A stretch of 63,967 nt of DNA, filler included, from Lenisia limosa (Eukaryota; Protista; Breviatea): NCBI GenBank assembly GCA_001655205.1. It is 25 parts of 25 records of this genome, joined end to end, with 100 filler letters (N's around TTAATTAATTAA, not from the genome) between each part and the next. Parts side by side here need not be neighbours in the genome. Positions count along the whole stretch, not along the records: positions 11,655 to 15,979 come from LPNZ01003017.1; positions 16,080 to 17,635 come from LPNZ01008480.1; positions 17,736 to 18,990 come from LPNZ01000463.1; positions 19,091 to 22,681 come from LPNZ01009368.1; positions 22,782 to 24,530 come from LPNZ01000193.1; positions 24,631 to 26,302 come from LPNZ01003175.1; 19 more parts are not named here. The stretch is one strand, 5' to 3'. Numbering within the stretch: the stretch's first letter is position 1; each line of letters begins with the position of its first letter. Both the position numbers and the translations under genes were made by a program. The notes below the pieces were generated by a model. That model was not told the DNA's origin. It made no database searches and saw only the letters and a list, made by a program, of their open reading frames with translations. Shown here in pieces: positions 11,764-24,814 of the stretch.

Positions 11764-14700
11764 ATTCCAGCGGTACAAGGAACTGAGAACGTTGTGAAAG
11801 CCGCTATCAGAGCCAAAATCAAGAAAGTTATCATGACCTCCACAAGTACGTTGCCCTTAATAATTTCAGTCTTATACTTTCAATATCCACAGTTTATAGT
11901 GTATCTTTTCGTTTCATAAATTTTCCATTTTTACTAGTGAAAAGAAGCGATATATTATAGCTATTACATAAACTATACTATACCTATATAGTAGTTTGAT
12001 ATAAGATCAATGGTGTGAACGGCTTTGACGGATACAACCTTGTTTTATTTCATCTCTCTATCATGTAATATAGTATATCATATGATATGATATGATATTC
12101 ATATTTTTGGGAACAACTTCTTTGACTTGTTAGTGGGCGCTGTCGTTGGAATTGCCAAGAATAATTACACCTATACCCCTGAGGATTGGTAAGCTTAGAG
12201 CTTTATTTCCGGTTCCTAAGACTGAATTCTTGACAATCCTCAATAAAGAGTGATATTTACCATAGCTTTTGTAAACAACGTATGTCTACACTCCTGGAAT
12301 TCATTTTTAAAGGTAAAAGCACACTCATTACGGAGACTGTATTCACACTTTGCCAGTTAGTTTCCTCATCACTTAGGAATGAAGATTGCTCAGAAAAAAT
12401 GGTCCCGTACATGTATTCTAAAACAATTGCAGAGAAGGTATGCTGCGGTAAACTTGTTTTTGTAAAGATATGATGGGTAGAGAATCATGTCGTATGAGCT
12501 AAGTAGCAAGGGGCTGCAGATTCGGTAAAATGGTTCATCAGATCTTCAAAATATTCTTGAGATCTTCATACTATTACCAGATCTTGGAATATCTGGAGTG
12601 ATCTGGATTTCACAGTACTTGTCTTCCTGTTTTGGTATTGGCTGTCTTCCCCTGACTCCTCCTAGAAAGCCAGAGATTTGGTGTTTGGAAGTGACACAGC
12701 CTTCGCCACAATCCATGTAGGGTGGTGATTTTATAAACTTCACTTTCGGTTACAAGACGATTTTTTGAGAAATCCCCGATAATTATATTGTACTATTTTG
12801 CTTAGTAGATATCGATATAGGATTATGTAATAATCATGTAATTATTTGTATTTATCTGCTACTTGGGCTTCACTTCATTTCAAAAATAGTCTGAATTTCT
12901 CGAAAAATCTTCGATAAATATCGATATTCTATCAGTCTTTTTTGAACCGAAGTAAAGCCTAATCTGCTACAATGCGATCACTTCAGGAGTTCAATCCTTC
13001 GTACACTGTTTCATTTTAGTTTATCGGCTTGCTTTAATCTATCTAGCCAGGAGCTGTGCTCGGAGAAGAAATTGGCTCCTCTGTCAACACCACTACCAGC
13101 ATGCTCAAGGATATTATGAACGGCAAAATACCTTTTGCCTTTGATCAGAGTTGGGGGGGGGGGGGGNNNNNNNNNNNNNNNNNNNNNNNNNNNNNNNNNN
13201 NNNNNNNNNNNNNNNNNNNNNNNNNNNNNNNNNNNNNNNNNNNNNNNNNNNNNNNNNNNNNNTTTTTTTCAGTTGAATCCAACCTAGATAAGGTAGAGTT
13301 TCAGTTTGGTTCGAAAAAGACTGATAAAATATCGATAGGTTTCGAGGATTATCGAGAAATTCAGTTTTTTTGAACCGAAGTGAAGCCCTAGGGCCGTGTT
13401 ATATGCTGATTATCCCAGTCTAAGAATAAAAAATGGAGTCATTTTTTGGGGGATAATAGATAGATCCACACTTTTGTTGCCCTAAAAAAAAATACTGAAT
13501 TTTTGATAAACCTTTTCCCCTCCATCTATACCAATAGTGGTATAGGGGTTACATTCGTAGCAGTGAATATGGGTTAACATCTTCAGAGCTCTTTGCCTCG
13601 CATGTTGAAGACGTTGCTCTCGCCCACGTGAGGGCAATGGAAAATGACGAGGCTGAAGGCAGGTAGTTTGGCATTCTAGTCATTTAATGTGATTAACATC
13701 TATTAACTTGAGCATATGAATGTTGCAATTTCAGACACTATTGGATTTGCTGATTTATTCAGATTCTTTGTAACTGAAGATAAAACCCCGAATCTTGTGG
13801 ACTACTTCAAGATTCTCGCTGAGGTTTGCTCCATTTTGAAAGCCATTTTGTTTGTCGATTGTGCCACTAAAGGGGAATATGATTCGACTTGTCTCTGTTC
13901 CTACATTTTCATGACATTTTCCATTTCTCAGATGATTTAATAATGAGAAGTAAAAACGCTTTATCAGGCTGAAGCCGCCCATACTACCAGTTAGTATATA
14001 ACCTGCGTATAGAGAGAGTCACATTTTTATAAAATTTGCCACTTGAAATGTGCAATTGTTTATTCAATTCTAGGAATATCCCCTCTGTAAGATCCCCACG
14101 CACACAGCTGGATTCTTTCCCCACCTGTAAGAAAGGCTCGGACTCTTTTCATTTATTTTTTTAAAGAAGCCGTGTTGAAAAAAAACTTTTTTATCCCTCT
14201 TTTCATGTTACAGGTTGGCCAAGTCCATGAAGTTCTTCCTCCCAGCTGACGAAGGTGAGTGCAAGTTTTGTAATAAGCTGAAGTGATGGGATGAGGTAAT
14301 GCAGGAGCGACTGAGCTGGGATTTGACCATATCCTATGAAATATAAATATTGGGCTGGAGCAGGTGACAGGAAACTTTCTGGACACAAAAACTCACAGAC
14401 ACCCCATATTTCACACAGTATTATATACAGTATATGTCATAATATCATTTATTCTCACTCTCCCTCCCACACCCACTTCAAATTTCTTGATCAAAATAAC
14501 AATTAATTGCATGAATCATAGTTACTTACAGACGTTTCACCCCACAGCCTTCTTCCTGAGCTACTGTCACAAGAACTACGAAGTTGACAACTCACGAACC
14601 AAAGAAATTCTTGGTATTCAGGAGAGACGCAGGAAGCTGTGTACACAAAGTTTCGGCAAATGATTTGAACTAATTATAGAGTTGAGACCTTTGGGTTTTA

Positions 14701-14990
14701 ATATTTTGCCAGATTGTATTGTCAACTCACTCCCCTCCCACCTGTCTCTCTTTCAAGGTTTCATGTTTAAGGATTGGAGTTTGGAAACTTCAAGAGAGGA
14801 GTGTTAGGCACAGCTAAATCCCTTGTCAAGAAGGTTAGCGGATATTGTCTATGCTGTGATATTGTGCCATTTTCAACAAAATGGTAACGTTTTCTTGGTG
14901 ATGAAGAAAAACATGGGATACCATGATTCTCATTTGCTTACAATCCAGGGACTGATTCACAAATACCCTGCCCCTCAGCCTGAAGAGTAG
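11764..14990 (+). CDS. NAD-dependent epimerase/dehydratase, dihydroflavonol-reductase-like extended SDR (5' truncated)
   Basis: IPAVQGTENVVKAAIRAKIKKVIMTST, catalytic YMYSKTIAEK, PGAVLG, HVEDVALAHVRAMENDEAEGR and YEVDNSRTKEILG. Stop TAG 14988-14990. Confidence 0.85.
12863..12962. mobile_element. Family A hAT-type MITE, 100 bp, perfect 8-bp TSD TCTGCTAC
   Basis: TIR consensus TAGGGCTTCACTTCGGTTCGAAAAA / TTTTCGAACCGAAGTGAAGCCCTA. TSD at 12855-12862 and 12963-12970. Confidence 0.88.
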
Positions 14991-15161
14991 CTATTTGTAT
15001 TTTTGTTTTGTCAATATTTATTTATCCACACCCTGAACCCCTAACCAAGAACAACCCGATCATTAAAACTTAAAGTTTGAGCAGCAGGTGCTGCCTTTAC
15101 CCAGAAAACAATACATACACAATCTATTAGTAGAACAAACCAGAAAACACAAATATAAGTC

Positions 15162-15574
15162 TTAATTGAAGTTAGTGGTTGAGATTTCCGAAATATCGGC
15201 CAAAGCTTTTGAGAGAAGTACTTCGTTACCAACGTGTACGATGGTGAGCGTTGGGAGGGCAGGTAGCAGGGGGGCAAGGGACTTTCCGTGACCCTCTAGG
15301 TGGGGTGAAAATAGAAAATTAATGAAGAAAATTGAGGCCAAAATCAGCTCTTGGCAAACAGGGGGAGGCGGTGGGGGAGTATGAGTAAAGATGAACAAAA
15401 TAGGAAAGTGAAAAGAATCTCTCCATCCCACACACATTGCATATCACCCCCTCCCTCACTTTCGGTCATAACAGTGACGCACTGAAGTGCATGGCTTTGT
15501 ACCTCTTCAATGGAACTGTCAATCGCGGTCAACAACGACGCGACTCCCTTTGGTCCGGCCAGGACTGGAAGAAC
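15162..15574 (-). CDS. C-terminal fragment of a helical (ARM/HEAT-like) protein
   Basis: Two phase-consistent exons: VLPVLAGPKGVASLLTAIDSSIEEVQSHALQCVTVMTE and EGHGKSLAPLLPALPTL...TTNFN*. The fold is inferred from composition only. Confidence 0.45.
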
Positions 15575-16079
15575 CTGCGCTGATTATACATAGAGAGACG
15601 GGAAATCATGTCAGAATTTATCATACGGCGCTGATTACATATCTAGATGTAATTAGGGCTTCCTTATGGTCCCAATCATGACTGAATATCTCGATAAATC
15701 CTCGATAAATATCGATGTTTGAGCTGTCTAGAACGCAGGGAAGCCCAAGATGTAATATATTATAGCAGTAAGTTATAAAACAAGGTTGTACCTGGCCGAA
15801 GCTTTCCACACCATCCATCACACTAAGAGATGCTAAATTCTAGTATTATATATGAAGAAAAATAGGAAATCATATCACAATTTGTCATATGGCGATATGA
15901 AATATAAAACCAAGATGCACTATACTGGCGACTTGATTAACACACCCACACACCCACACACACATAAAAACACACACACNNNNNNNNNNNNNNNNNNNNN
16001 NNNNNNNNNNNNNNNNNNNNNNNTTAATTAATTAANNNNNNNNNNNNNNNNNNNNNNNNNNNNNNNNNNNNNNNNNNNN

Positions 16080-17054
16080 AAGTGGCACCATTACCAGACA
16101 ATCATCCACCATAATAGACATAAGTGGATCTTCAAACCATTCAATTGGTTTCACGTGTCCGGACAAAACAGGAAAATATCTTAGTGGCCATCAAGTATTT
16201 CAAGATGTCCCACAATCAAGCTTGGAGGTTGTTCTTGACCCGTGGAATTCAGTTTCAGAACTTGACATGTACGTTTCCAAAAAGAAAACAACCGTGAGTC
16301 GGCTGTTAATAAATAAATTAATAGCATAATTTAATATCAATTTAATAAAATAGATCCATCGTGACAACTTTTTTTCATCACACAGTCGCCTGCTGTTGAA
16401 ACGTTGCCGAAATCTCATGTGGAGTTTACCAGCCAACATAATTTAATTGAGAAGAAAAATGCAGCTCTGGAAAACAACTTGGAAGTGAGTTTGATGTTGT
16501 AGTCATTGCTTTGTAATGCTGTTTTGTGACTAAAGCAATAATCGAAAGTTGAAATACAGCATTATTTAGAATTTGTTTAACTGATAACCATAGGAGCAAC
16601 GGATGGCACAGGAGAATATGAACAAGGAGCTTGTAAATGCCAAATTAGACCTACTCAAAGCACAGTAGGAAAAAAACATTTTCCAATAGTATTGATATCA
16701 TATACATCACTCAAACATGATAATTATCAGCGAGTTTTATTGTTGAATAAAATGTTTAGCCTGTCAAANNNNNNNNNNGAGCTTGTAAATGCCAAATTAG
16801 ACCTACTCAAAGCACAGTAGGAAAATAACATTTTCCAATAGTATTGATATCATATACATTACTCAAACATGATAATTATCAGCGAGTTTTATTGTTGAAT
16901 AAAATGTTTAGCCTGTCAAAAATATCATATCAAAACATTGTTACCATATTGATGTCACAATTTCAGAAAAAAAGTTGCCAAATCAAGAGCTCAGACACTG
17001 AAGGCTGAGAACACCGCGAAAGAGCTTAATTTTTTGCTTCACCTCCCGAAGTAG
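16080..17054 (+). CDS. C-terminal fragment of an unknown protein ending in a coiled coil
   Basis: Four phase-compatible exons (...ELDMYVSKKKTT|SPAVETLPK...NNLE|EQRMAQENMNKELVNAKLDLLKAQ|KKVAKSRAQ...HLPK*). Stop TAG 17052-17054. Confidence 0.6.
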
Positions 17055-17557
17055 CTAGCTCTCGTTTTAAGCATATTGCAATTGAATAAATATATAATCT
17101 TATATTCAACTATAATTTAAACAATGACTAGATATATATGCTGGTGCGCAGAAACCCCGTAGTTAATTCGAAAACTCCGTTGTAAATTCAAATTAATATT
17201 CTACAGATAATTCTATTATGTTTCTTTCAATAATACTTAATAAATTGCTCTAATTATATATTATCTCTGTTTAAATCTATAATGTAGTCAAAATACTATT
17301 AAAAACACCCCGTTGATATCGAAATAAGCTGAAAAACCATCTATTTATTGAAAAGACCGAAGAATAATTACTATTTCTTAGTGAGGAGCATTTTCTTCTT
17401 CTGATTCTTTTTCTTGAGTTTTTCAATTACAGCAGTATTGGGTGATAAAGCACCACCTTGATAAACATGATTTTTTATTTTATTTTTATTTTTATTTTAT
17501 AGGGTATATAGGGTATAGAATTACATGGGGGGGGGGTACAATCTTATATATATACAT

Positions 17558-17635
17558 GTATAGTATAGTGTAGAGTATAGTATTGTATAGTATAGTATAG
17601 TATAGTATAGTATAGTATAGTATAGTATAGTATAG
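17558..17635. repeat. (TATAG)n microsatellite
   Basis: Direct read; it runs into the scaffold end. Confidence 0.95.
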
Positions 17636-17794
17636 NNNNNNNNNNNNNNNNNNNNNNNNNNNNNNNNNNNNNNNNNNNNTTAATTAATTAANNNNNNNNN
17701 NNNNNNNNNNNNNNNNNNNNNNNNNNNNNNNNNNNAGGAATATGTATATCAGTATTAGTATATCAACAGATCAGAGCGTATAAAGGAATCTGTA

Positions 17795-18930
17795 CCATAT
17801 AAGCGCTGGCCATTCTGATTGCAGTTCCGCCTCCAAAGGACTCTTCAATTAGACCGGGAGCCAGGGGGGCAACAGAGGAGTCATTCAAATTCAGCCACTA
17901 TATCATGAAAATGATAAGTATAACAATAAAAATAACAATTATAACTTGAATTTCCACCCCCAACCTTTCTTGACGTTGGTTCACGTGTATAACAGTAGTA
18001 GTGTCCACCCCATGCGGATCCAGAATGAATAAGAACACTGAAAACATAAGGTAACGAAAGAGCTGATGCGATAAAAAATAGTAGGAAATGATTATACCGC
18101 ACGCAGAAAGCTGTGTGCACAGAGTTATAAGGAAAATGATTGGGTGAAGTATAATCCAATATCTCTTATAAGCGTGATGGTTTCGGCCAGATACAATCTT
18201 ATTTTTTATTTCTCATTGCAATATATACCAGGCCTTGCGATAGAATATGATGTTACCTAACGTGAATAATATAGCTAGTAAAAGTAATGAATAATATATC
18301 TATGTCTGACTTTGGCTCTTTATGATGGGAGCCGACCTAGACAGTTCAAAAGTCGTTGACGGGTCACATCCGGCTCGAGGCACACCAGGGGTGTTCGGGT
18401 CAATTTTCGGGAACCTTGCTCCTTTGGAGATTAGAAATAATAATACTGTGAGTGTGGTTTTAAGGTATTCATTAAACTATTGGCACTACTTTGAGTGAAA
18501 GTGAATACATAATATCCTTAGCTATCCCTTAGCTATCCCATACGTTAATTCTCCCAAAGCCTTTCCTCCCATGTACCATTGAAGGCCTCATCGTAGCGAG
18601 GTGGATTATCAGAGAAGATGGTGCCGTGATCTATGCTGTTAAACACACCGCTTCAAATGAGACGAAGGATAAGTAAGGTAGAGATTGCAAAGAATCTGCT
18701 TATTGACAAATTCATCTTGTTGGACTCCCGGCAGGTAGCATCCACAACATACCTTGGGTTGGAGTGACGACAGATGACAAGGGGGTGGCAGGTTTATCTA
18801 CAATATCAGCTGGTCATCTATTTCGTGCCTTGACCGACCCTACCCATTCTCTGATTATGTTGTTGCTAATAGATTTCAGCCCAACAGCTTACCAAGGTCT
18901 TCGAAGTAGAGGAACTCAGGGAATGCCATG
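17795..18930 (-). CDS. Ubiquitin-specific protease (USP7/USP47-like) fragment
   Basis: His box FSVLIHSGSAWGGHYYCYTR at ~17975-18055, with an upstream FPEFLYF motif at ~18900. Confidence 0.75.
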
Positions 18931-19444
18931 AGATTGTTTAGCTTCTTTTGTTGCAGCTAAATTGTCAGACCTTTCAAAAAGGACCTCCCCNNNNNNNNNN
19001 NNNNNNNNNNNNNNNNNNNNNNNNNNNNNNNNNNTTAATTAATTAANNNNNNNNNNNNNNNNNNNNNNNNNNNNNNNNNNNNNNNNNNNNTATATATGAG
19101 GTACTCTAATTATTTGTAATATATAATCCCAAAAATCACTAACAGTTATCACGAATTATTATCATATTCTGCGATAGAAATATCAAAACAAACCATTTCC
19201 GCTCCTCCCGCATTTTTCAACAGAGTAAATTTTTGGCTTTGTTTGTTTCATAAATTATCCAATTTTACTCCCCCCCCCCNNNNNNNNNNNNNNNNNNNNN
19301 NNNNNNNNNNNNNNNNNNNNNNNNNNNNNNNNNNNNNNNNNNNNNNNNNNNNNNNNNNNNNNNNNNNNNNNNNNNNNNNNNNNNNNNNNNNNNNNNNNNN
19401 NNNNNNNNNNNNNNNNNNNNNNNNNNNNNNNNNNNNNNNNNNNN

Positions 19445-21401
19445 GAGGGATGCGAGACCTTGGAGAATGTCGAAGAAGGCTTGCTGAATATGGGATCAGA
19501 ATAGCTTCATTTTAAGTTGTTAAATGATGGATTAATGTCAGGTTTAATGGATATCTGATTTGAATCGAAGAAATCGTGATAAAATGAAGATTGGAGTTTT
19601 CTGGTTGTCAGATTAGAGAGCTTTTTAGGGCTGTGAGACCTCCTCCCTCCCTCAGATGGGATGAGATGCTGCAGAAACGACTGGCCGGCTTTGTAAGCCC
19701 TCGTGTGTTGTCCAACAGAGTTGATTTTGGGCTTTTATTTATTTCATAAATTGTTCAATTTTACCCCCCCCCCCCNNNNNNNNNNNNNNNNNNNNNNNNN
19801 NNNNNNNNNNNNNNNNNNNNNNNNNNNNNNNNNNNNNNNNNNNNNNNNNNNNNNNNNNNNNNNNNNNNNNNNNNNNNNNNNNNNNNNNNNNNNNNNNNNN
19901 NNNNNNNNNNNNNNNNNNNNNNNNNNNNNNCACGCTAATAAGAGATATTGAATTATAGTATAATATTGCATGAATTCAGCAACCAAATCTAGGTATATTC
20001 AGAATAAATACTAGGGTTCTGCAACTAATTGAAAAAATAATTGCAAAATTTGAAGTGCGACATATTGTAATGGAAACTCACTTTAATATCAAATTGTGTC
20101 AAAGATTTCTTCAAAAAATTAATTGCATGGAGCCCCAATAAACACCAAACCTCCATGACAAAAAAGCACTCCACCCGGCCCGCGCGCCCATCTGCTCGGA
20201 GTTCATCTAATGCGATTTCGGCAACCTGGGGGGGGGGGGGGNNNNNNNNNNNNNNNNNNNNNNNNNNNNNNNNNNNNNNNNNNNNNNNNNNNNNNNNNNN
20301 NNNNNNNNNNNNNNNNNNNNNNNNNNNNNNNNNNNNCAAACAAAGACCACGTTTTAAAAGGGGAACCGGTAGTGCTTCACTGTTCAAAAAAGACTGAATC
20401 TCTCGATAAATTCAACGAAAAGTATCGATATTTATAGGTCTTTTCGAAGGGAAGTAAAACCCTGATAAAAAGAGAAATAAGAGTCGACTAAAAGGGGGAC
20501 ATAAGAAGGATAATAAAAAAGGGAAACATAAAAAGGTAAAGGGGGGGGGGGGCAAACAAGGAATACCTCTTCTCCTTCTAGTTCAAAGGCGATTTCCTTC
20601 ATTTGCGCCACATTGTGACAGTCTGGCAGGGACCGAAGAAGCTAAGAATCGTTACAACTTGGGTTTCCCTCTTAGGTCCCAAAAAGTCTGAATAAATCCT
20701 CGATAAATGTTGACTTTGTACAAGTCTTTTTCGGATAGTACGGAAGTCCTCATTATAGCAGGATATAACACGTAAATATGAGAAATAAAACAAGGCAATA
20801 TATGAAGCCTTACACCATCACTTTTAAAAGAGATATTGGATTTCTTTCTTACACATTGTTGTCACGACTAATAATTCTAATAATATCACATAATATAGCA
20901 TACAATGTAACACTATATTGCAGAAATATGAATCCCACAGTCAGCTCATTGCTACTGAAAGAGGTTAATGGCGTCTTTTTGACGGCTGAAACCGTGCCGT
21001 TTGTCAGATCTTCGGCCTCAAATATAACTGATGTGCTGGAGAAGGGGGGGGGTAAAATTGGAAAATTTATGAAACAAAACAAGCCCAAATCGACTGGCTA
21101 GCAANNNNNNNNNNNNNNNNNNNNNNNNNNNNNNNNNNNNNNNNNNNNNNNNNNNNNNNNNNNNNNNNNNNNNNNNNNNNNNNNNNNNNNNNNNNNNNNN
21201 NNNNNNNNNNNNNNNNNNNNNNNNNNNNNNNNNNNNNNNNNNNNNNNNNNNNNNNNNNNNNNNNNNNNNNNNNNNNNNNNNNNNNNNNNNNNNNNNNNNN
21301 NNNNNNNNNNNNNNNNNNNNNNNNNNNNNNNNNNCCCACCTTCCTTCTCCTAATACTCTTCCGAGCTTATATCGGCCAAGAACCGTGGAGTTCAAGGACA
21401 T
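19445..21401 (-). CDS. Protein kinase, N-terminal part
   Basis: ATG 21401: MSLNSTVLGRYKLGRVLGEG|STSVIFEAEDLTNGTVSAVKK...ELT|LLRSLPDCHNVAQMKE. A possible alphaE segment QAFFDILQGLASL lies at ~19445-19485, but that region also reads plausibly on the + strand. Confidence 0.65.
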
Positions 21402-22854
21402 GCTTTCTTCAGCGAAGCCTCTGAACTAAAACTGTCATGGATATATCAATAGTATTCATAATGATTTTTGTTCTTAACAGCTGATGATTAATGTTCTTAA
21501 ATAAACACAATTAAAAATGTTCAAACTGATTAGTATTCTGATATAAGATAATCAAGGACATGCTGTCTTCAGTTAATTTATATATCAAAATGATTTTTGT
21601 TCTGTAACAAGCTAATGATTAATGTTCACAATTAAATTATATTAACATACAAACTGGCTTTTGTTTAACCAAATCGATAATTTTCTTTTTCAAACATAAT
21701 CAATAGTTTTATGTCTCTCTTAACAAGCATATTCAATACAAATCTTAAACAAGTAAACGAATAATTTGTTATCATCAACAAGCTACAACTGAATCAAATC
21801 CTTTGGTACAATAAAAAATAATGCTCTTTAAAATGTAGAAATGAATCATGTTCCTAAACGCATAATTAATATTTTCCTAAAACAAACTAAATCAAAAATA
21901 TCCTTAAACTAAAAGAATAAATTAATAACTCATGTTCTCAAACAAACATCAATAATCTTCAACCAAACAGCAATAATGTTCTTAAACAAGCAGGAGGAGA
22001 CTCGATTGAATATGCAATAACGCCCCGCCCAACTTGTTTATGTTTACACTACAAGTCTCAAAGGCTTCTCAAGAGTTCAGGTTATTGTTGTTATTGTTGT
22101 TGAAGCCAAGGGGATTATAAATTTGTAAATTTCCTTGATTGCTCAAATAACCGTAGGTGAAACACACATATATATTTTTTGGTTCAATTCTCGTATGCTC
22201 TTTACGCTGCTTCTTCTTAAGTACAATTTGGTATTTGGGTGTGGAATGTGGAGGAGCGGGGGTTTTTGAGAAAATTTTGGCAACACCATGCAAAAACGTG
22301 AATTGAGTTTCCCCTCCTCCATGCAAAATCGGAGACTTTTGCTGTTTCTAGGATGAACATACCCCCAGATTATTGATGCATTAAAGTTCAAATTCCTCCT
22401 TCCTCCCTCTCTCATTTTTTGCAGTGTTTCTATTGAAACTAGGATCATGGAGGTCCAGCGGTTGACTAGAACATCCTCAGATCCACAGAAAACGACAGTA
22501 TCTTTTGGCTTCCAAAGAGTATATTAGAAAAAGCCTGAATATAGAAAAATCCTCGATAAACCGAAAGTGAAGCGCTGTTATTCCTTCCTTATTTGTTGAT
22601 ACAGGAGCATGGAAATCTTGGAAATCTTTGAAGATTTTTTCATTTTTGTTATTTTGTTTAGTTACTCAGAGATTCAGGATTNNNNNNNNNNNNNNNNNNN
22701 NNNNNNNNNNNNNNNNNNNNNNNNNTTAATTAATTAANNNNNNNNNNNNNNNNNNNNNNNNNNNNNNNNNNNNNNNNNNNNTATTTAGTGCTTCCGAACC
22801 GAGCCCCAAACCCATTTTTTTTTTGTTTTATACAATTTTTTACCCTCTCCGCAG

Positions 22855-23319
22855 TAAATAGGCCGCAGCTACCCGTCATCGCCCCGCGACCGCTGGATGA
22901 ACACTGGGCTCATATCCCGGAATTACTAAGAGGTGGGGGTGGGGAGAGAGGTAGATGTATTTTATGTTGAGTGTGACAGGGTGACAGGGGGTAAGCTATT
23001 CTGAGTTATTAAGAGATATGGCTATTCTTTTCGCATCTGAGTGAATCCATATTATATCACACATTGATAATGACAATTATTGATATATTTTAACATAGGG
23101 TTTTCCCTCAGGTACAAAAAGACCGGTAAACTATCGAAATATGTAATATATATATGCATTTAGAGGGTTTGTCGAGAAATTCAGCCATTTTCAAGATCGG
23201 AGTGAATCTCTGGAATAGCAACTCAATTTTTAGATCTCTTACGGCAAATGCTGGTTGTTCACCCGAAGTTGAGAATATCGGCTAAAAGTGCGCTGCTTCA
23301 CCCCTTCTTCTGCTCCTAA
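22855..23319 (+). CDS. C-terminal end of a CMGC-type (CDK/MAPK-like) kinase
   Basis: DLLRQMLVVHPKLRISAKSALLHPFFCS* matches subdomain XI. Stop TAA 23317-23319. Confidence 0.7.
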
Positions 23320-24348
23320 TTGTGACACTTGTTCTATTTCTGTGATTTTTGCTTCTTTTTTTTACAATGGTTCCAGATTGGTTGTTCTAATTTTTTTTTT
23401 TATTTATATATTTGTATTATGTACTTTTTTTAACGGAGAAAGATCGCAGCTTACTTACGAAAAAACAAGTCTTCTCGCGAAATTGGCATGTTTCCTGTCA
23501 TGCAGTTTGATTTTGTATTTGAAAACACAACACAAACATCGACTTGGGATTCCTTTTGGGAATCTCAGAACTTTCTTCGGATTTCCTTCGGGATTCTTTT
23601 TCATCAGAATCCTAGGTCATTGCGACGGTGAACGAAGGCTTTGTGACCAGCAGATATCCCACGCACGTAAATTTTGTTGAGCTAGGGCGTGGTGGAGAGC
23701 CGACACTTCTCAGGACACCCGCCACTATAAAAGAGACAAAAAGAAAAAATGGAACGTGCCAACGGTGTGTTCCGAGAAAGCCAACCGCGGTCTGTGAGAT
23801 TGCGGAACTCATGACAGCGCATCAAATTGGGATTCCCATGTAAAATATGGGAATTCCAACGTTTTTACAAGAATCCCAAGTCGATGCGCCGCAGTGTATT
23901 GCTGTGTAATTTTATTGCACTGTTGTTGAGTAAATGTAACTGGGTAGTATTGTAGTGAGAGAAGATTTACCCCACTTTCATGGAAAGCCTTTTGTTGTAT
24001 GTCGCCTAATCACAATTTATGTTTCTTATATGCAATCGGTAGAATTAATTTAGAAAAAGACTGCCACGAATAACAAGTGGGTTGTGGTATTTCCCGAATG
24101 TACCCTATAACAATAGATGCCCAGAGGAGAGATCAAGGATATCTGGTCGTCCATACCATCACGCTTATTAGAGATATTGGATTATCGTATGATATTATTC
24201 ACTTAATCATTTTCCTGACACAACTCTCTATCATCAACATAGGAATACATTAGATCGTGAAATCAGAAAACATAGACAACAACCTTATCAAAACAATACA
24301 ACCTCTTCAGACACCCATCCCCCCCTTTCCCTCTTACTCTTCATCATT

Positions 24349-24492
24349 TCATTTATCTTCTTTCTCCAAACTTTCACTACTCTCTTCATCACCACCATTA
24401 TCCTCACCTTCATCATCATTAGCATTATCAGCTTTTTCCGCTTTGTCTTGTGGTGGTTTGAAAAAAGTAGGGTCTTGAAGATCTCTTTCAAG
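24349..24492 (-). CDS. Last exon of an acidic-tailed protein
   Basis: Acceptor ccacgcAG, then LERDLQDPTFFKPPQDKAEKADNANDDEGEDNGGDEESSESLEKEDK*. Confidence 0.55.
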   Translation of the reverse strand, partial: LERDLQDPTFFKPPQDKAEKADNANDDEGEDNGGDEESSESLEKEDK

Positions 24493-24814
24493 CTGCGTGG
24501 AAGGGGGGGTAAGAGGATATTTTAAAAAAANNNNNNNNNNNNNNNNNNNNNNNNNNNNNNNNNNNNNNNNNNNNTTAATTAATTAANNNNNNNNNNNNNN
24601 NNNNNNNNNNNNNNNNNNNNNNNNNNNNNNCATGCGAGAAGGCTGTCTTTCTTTTATCGGTCACATGGCTAAGTATTGGGGGTGAATACGAGGCGTTAAT
24701 CCGAACCATGGCCAAAATGAATATTTTTTGTTTATCCGCAACATGACCAATATGAATTTCGTTTAGTAACATGGCCAATATGAATATTTTTCGTTTCTCA
24801 ATATGACCTATTCA

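Noticed and set aside
16640-16920. ~130-bp direct duplication including an exon end
   Set aside because: The copies flank a 10-N gap, typical of unmerged contig overlap. I did not count it as a junction echo.
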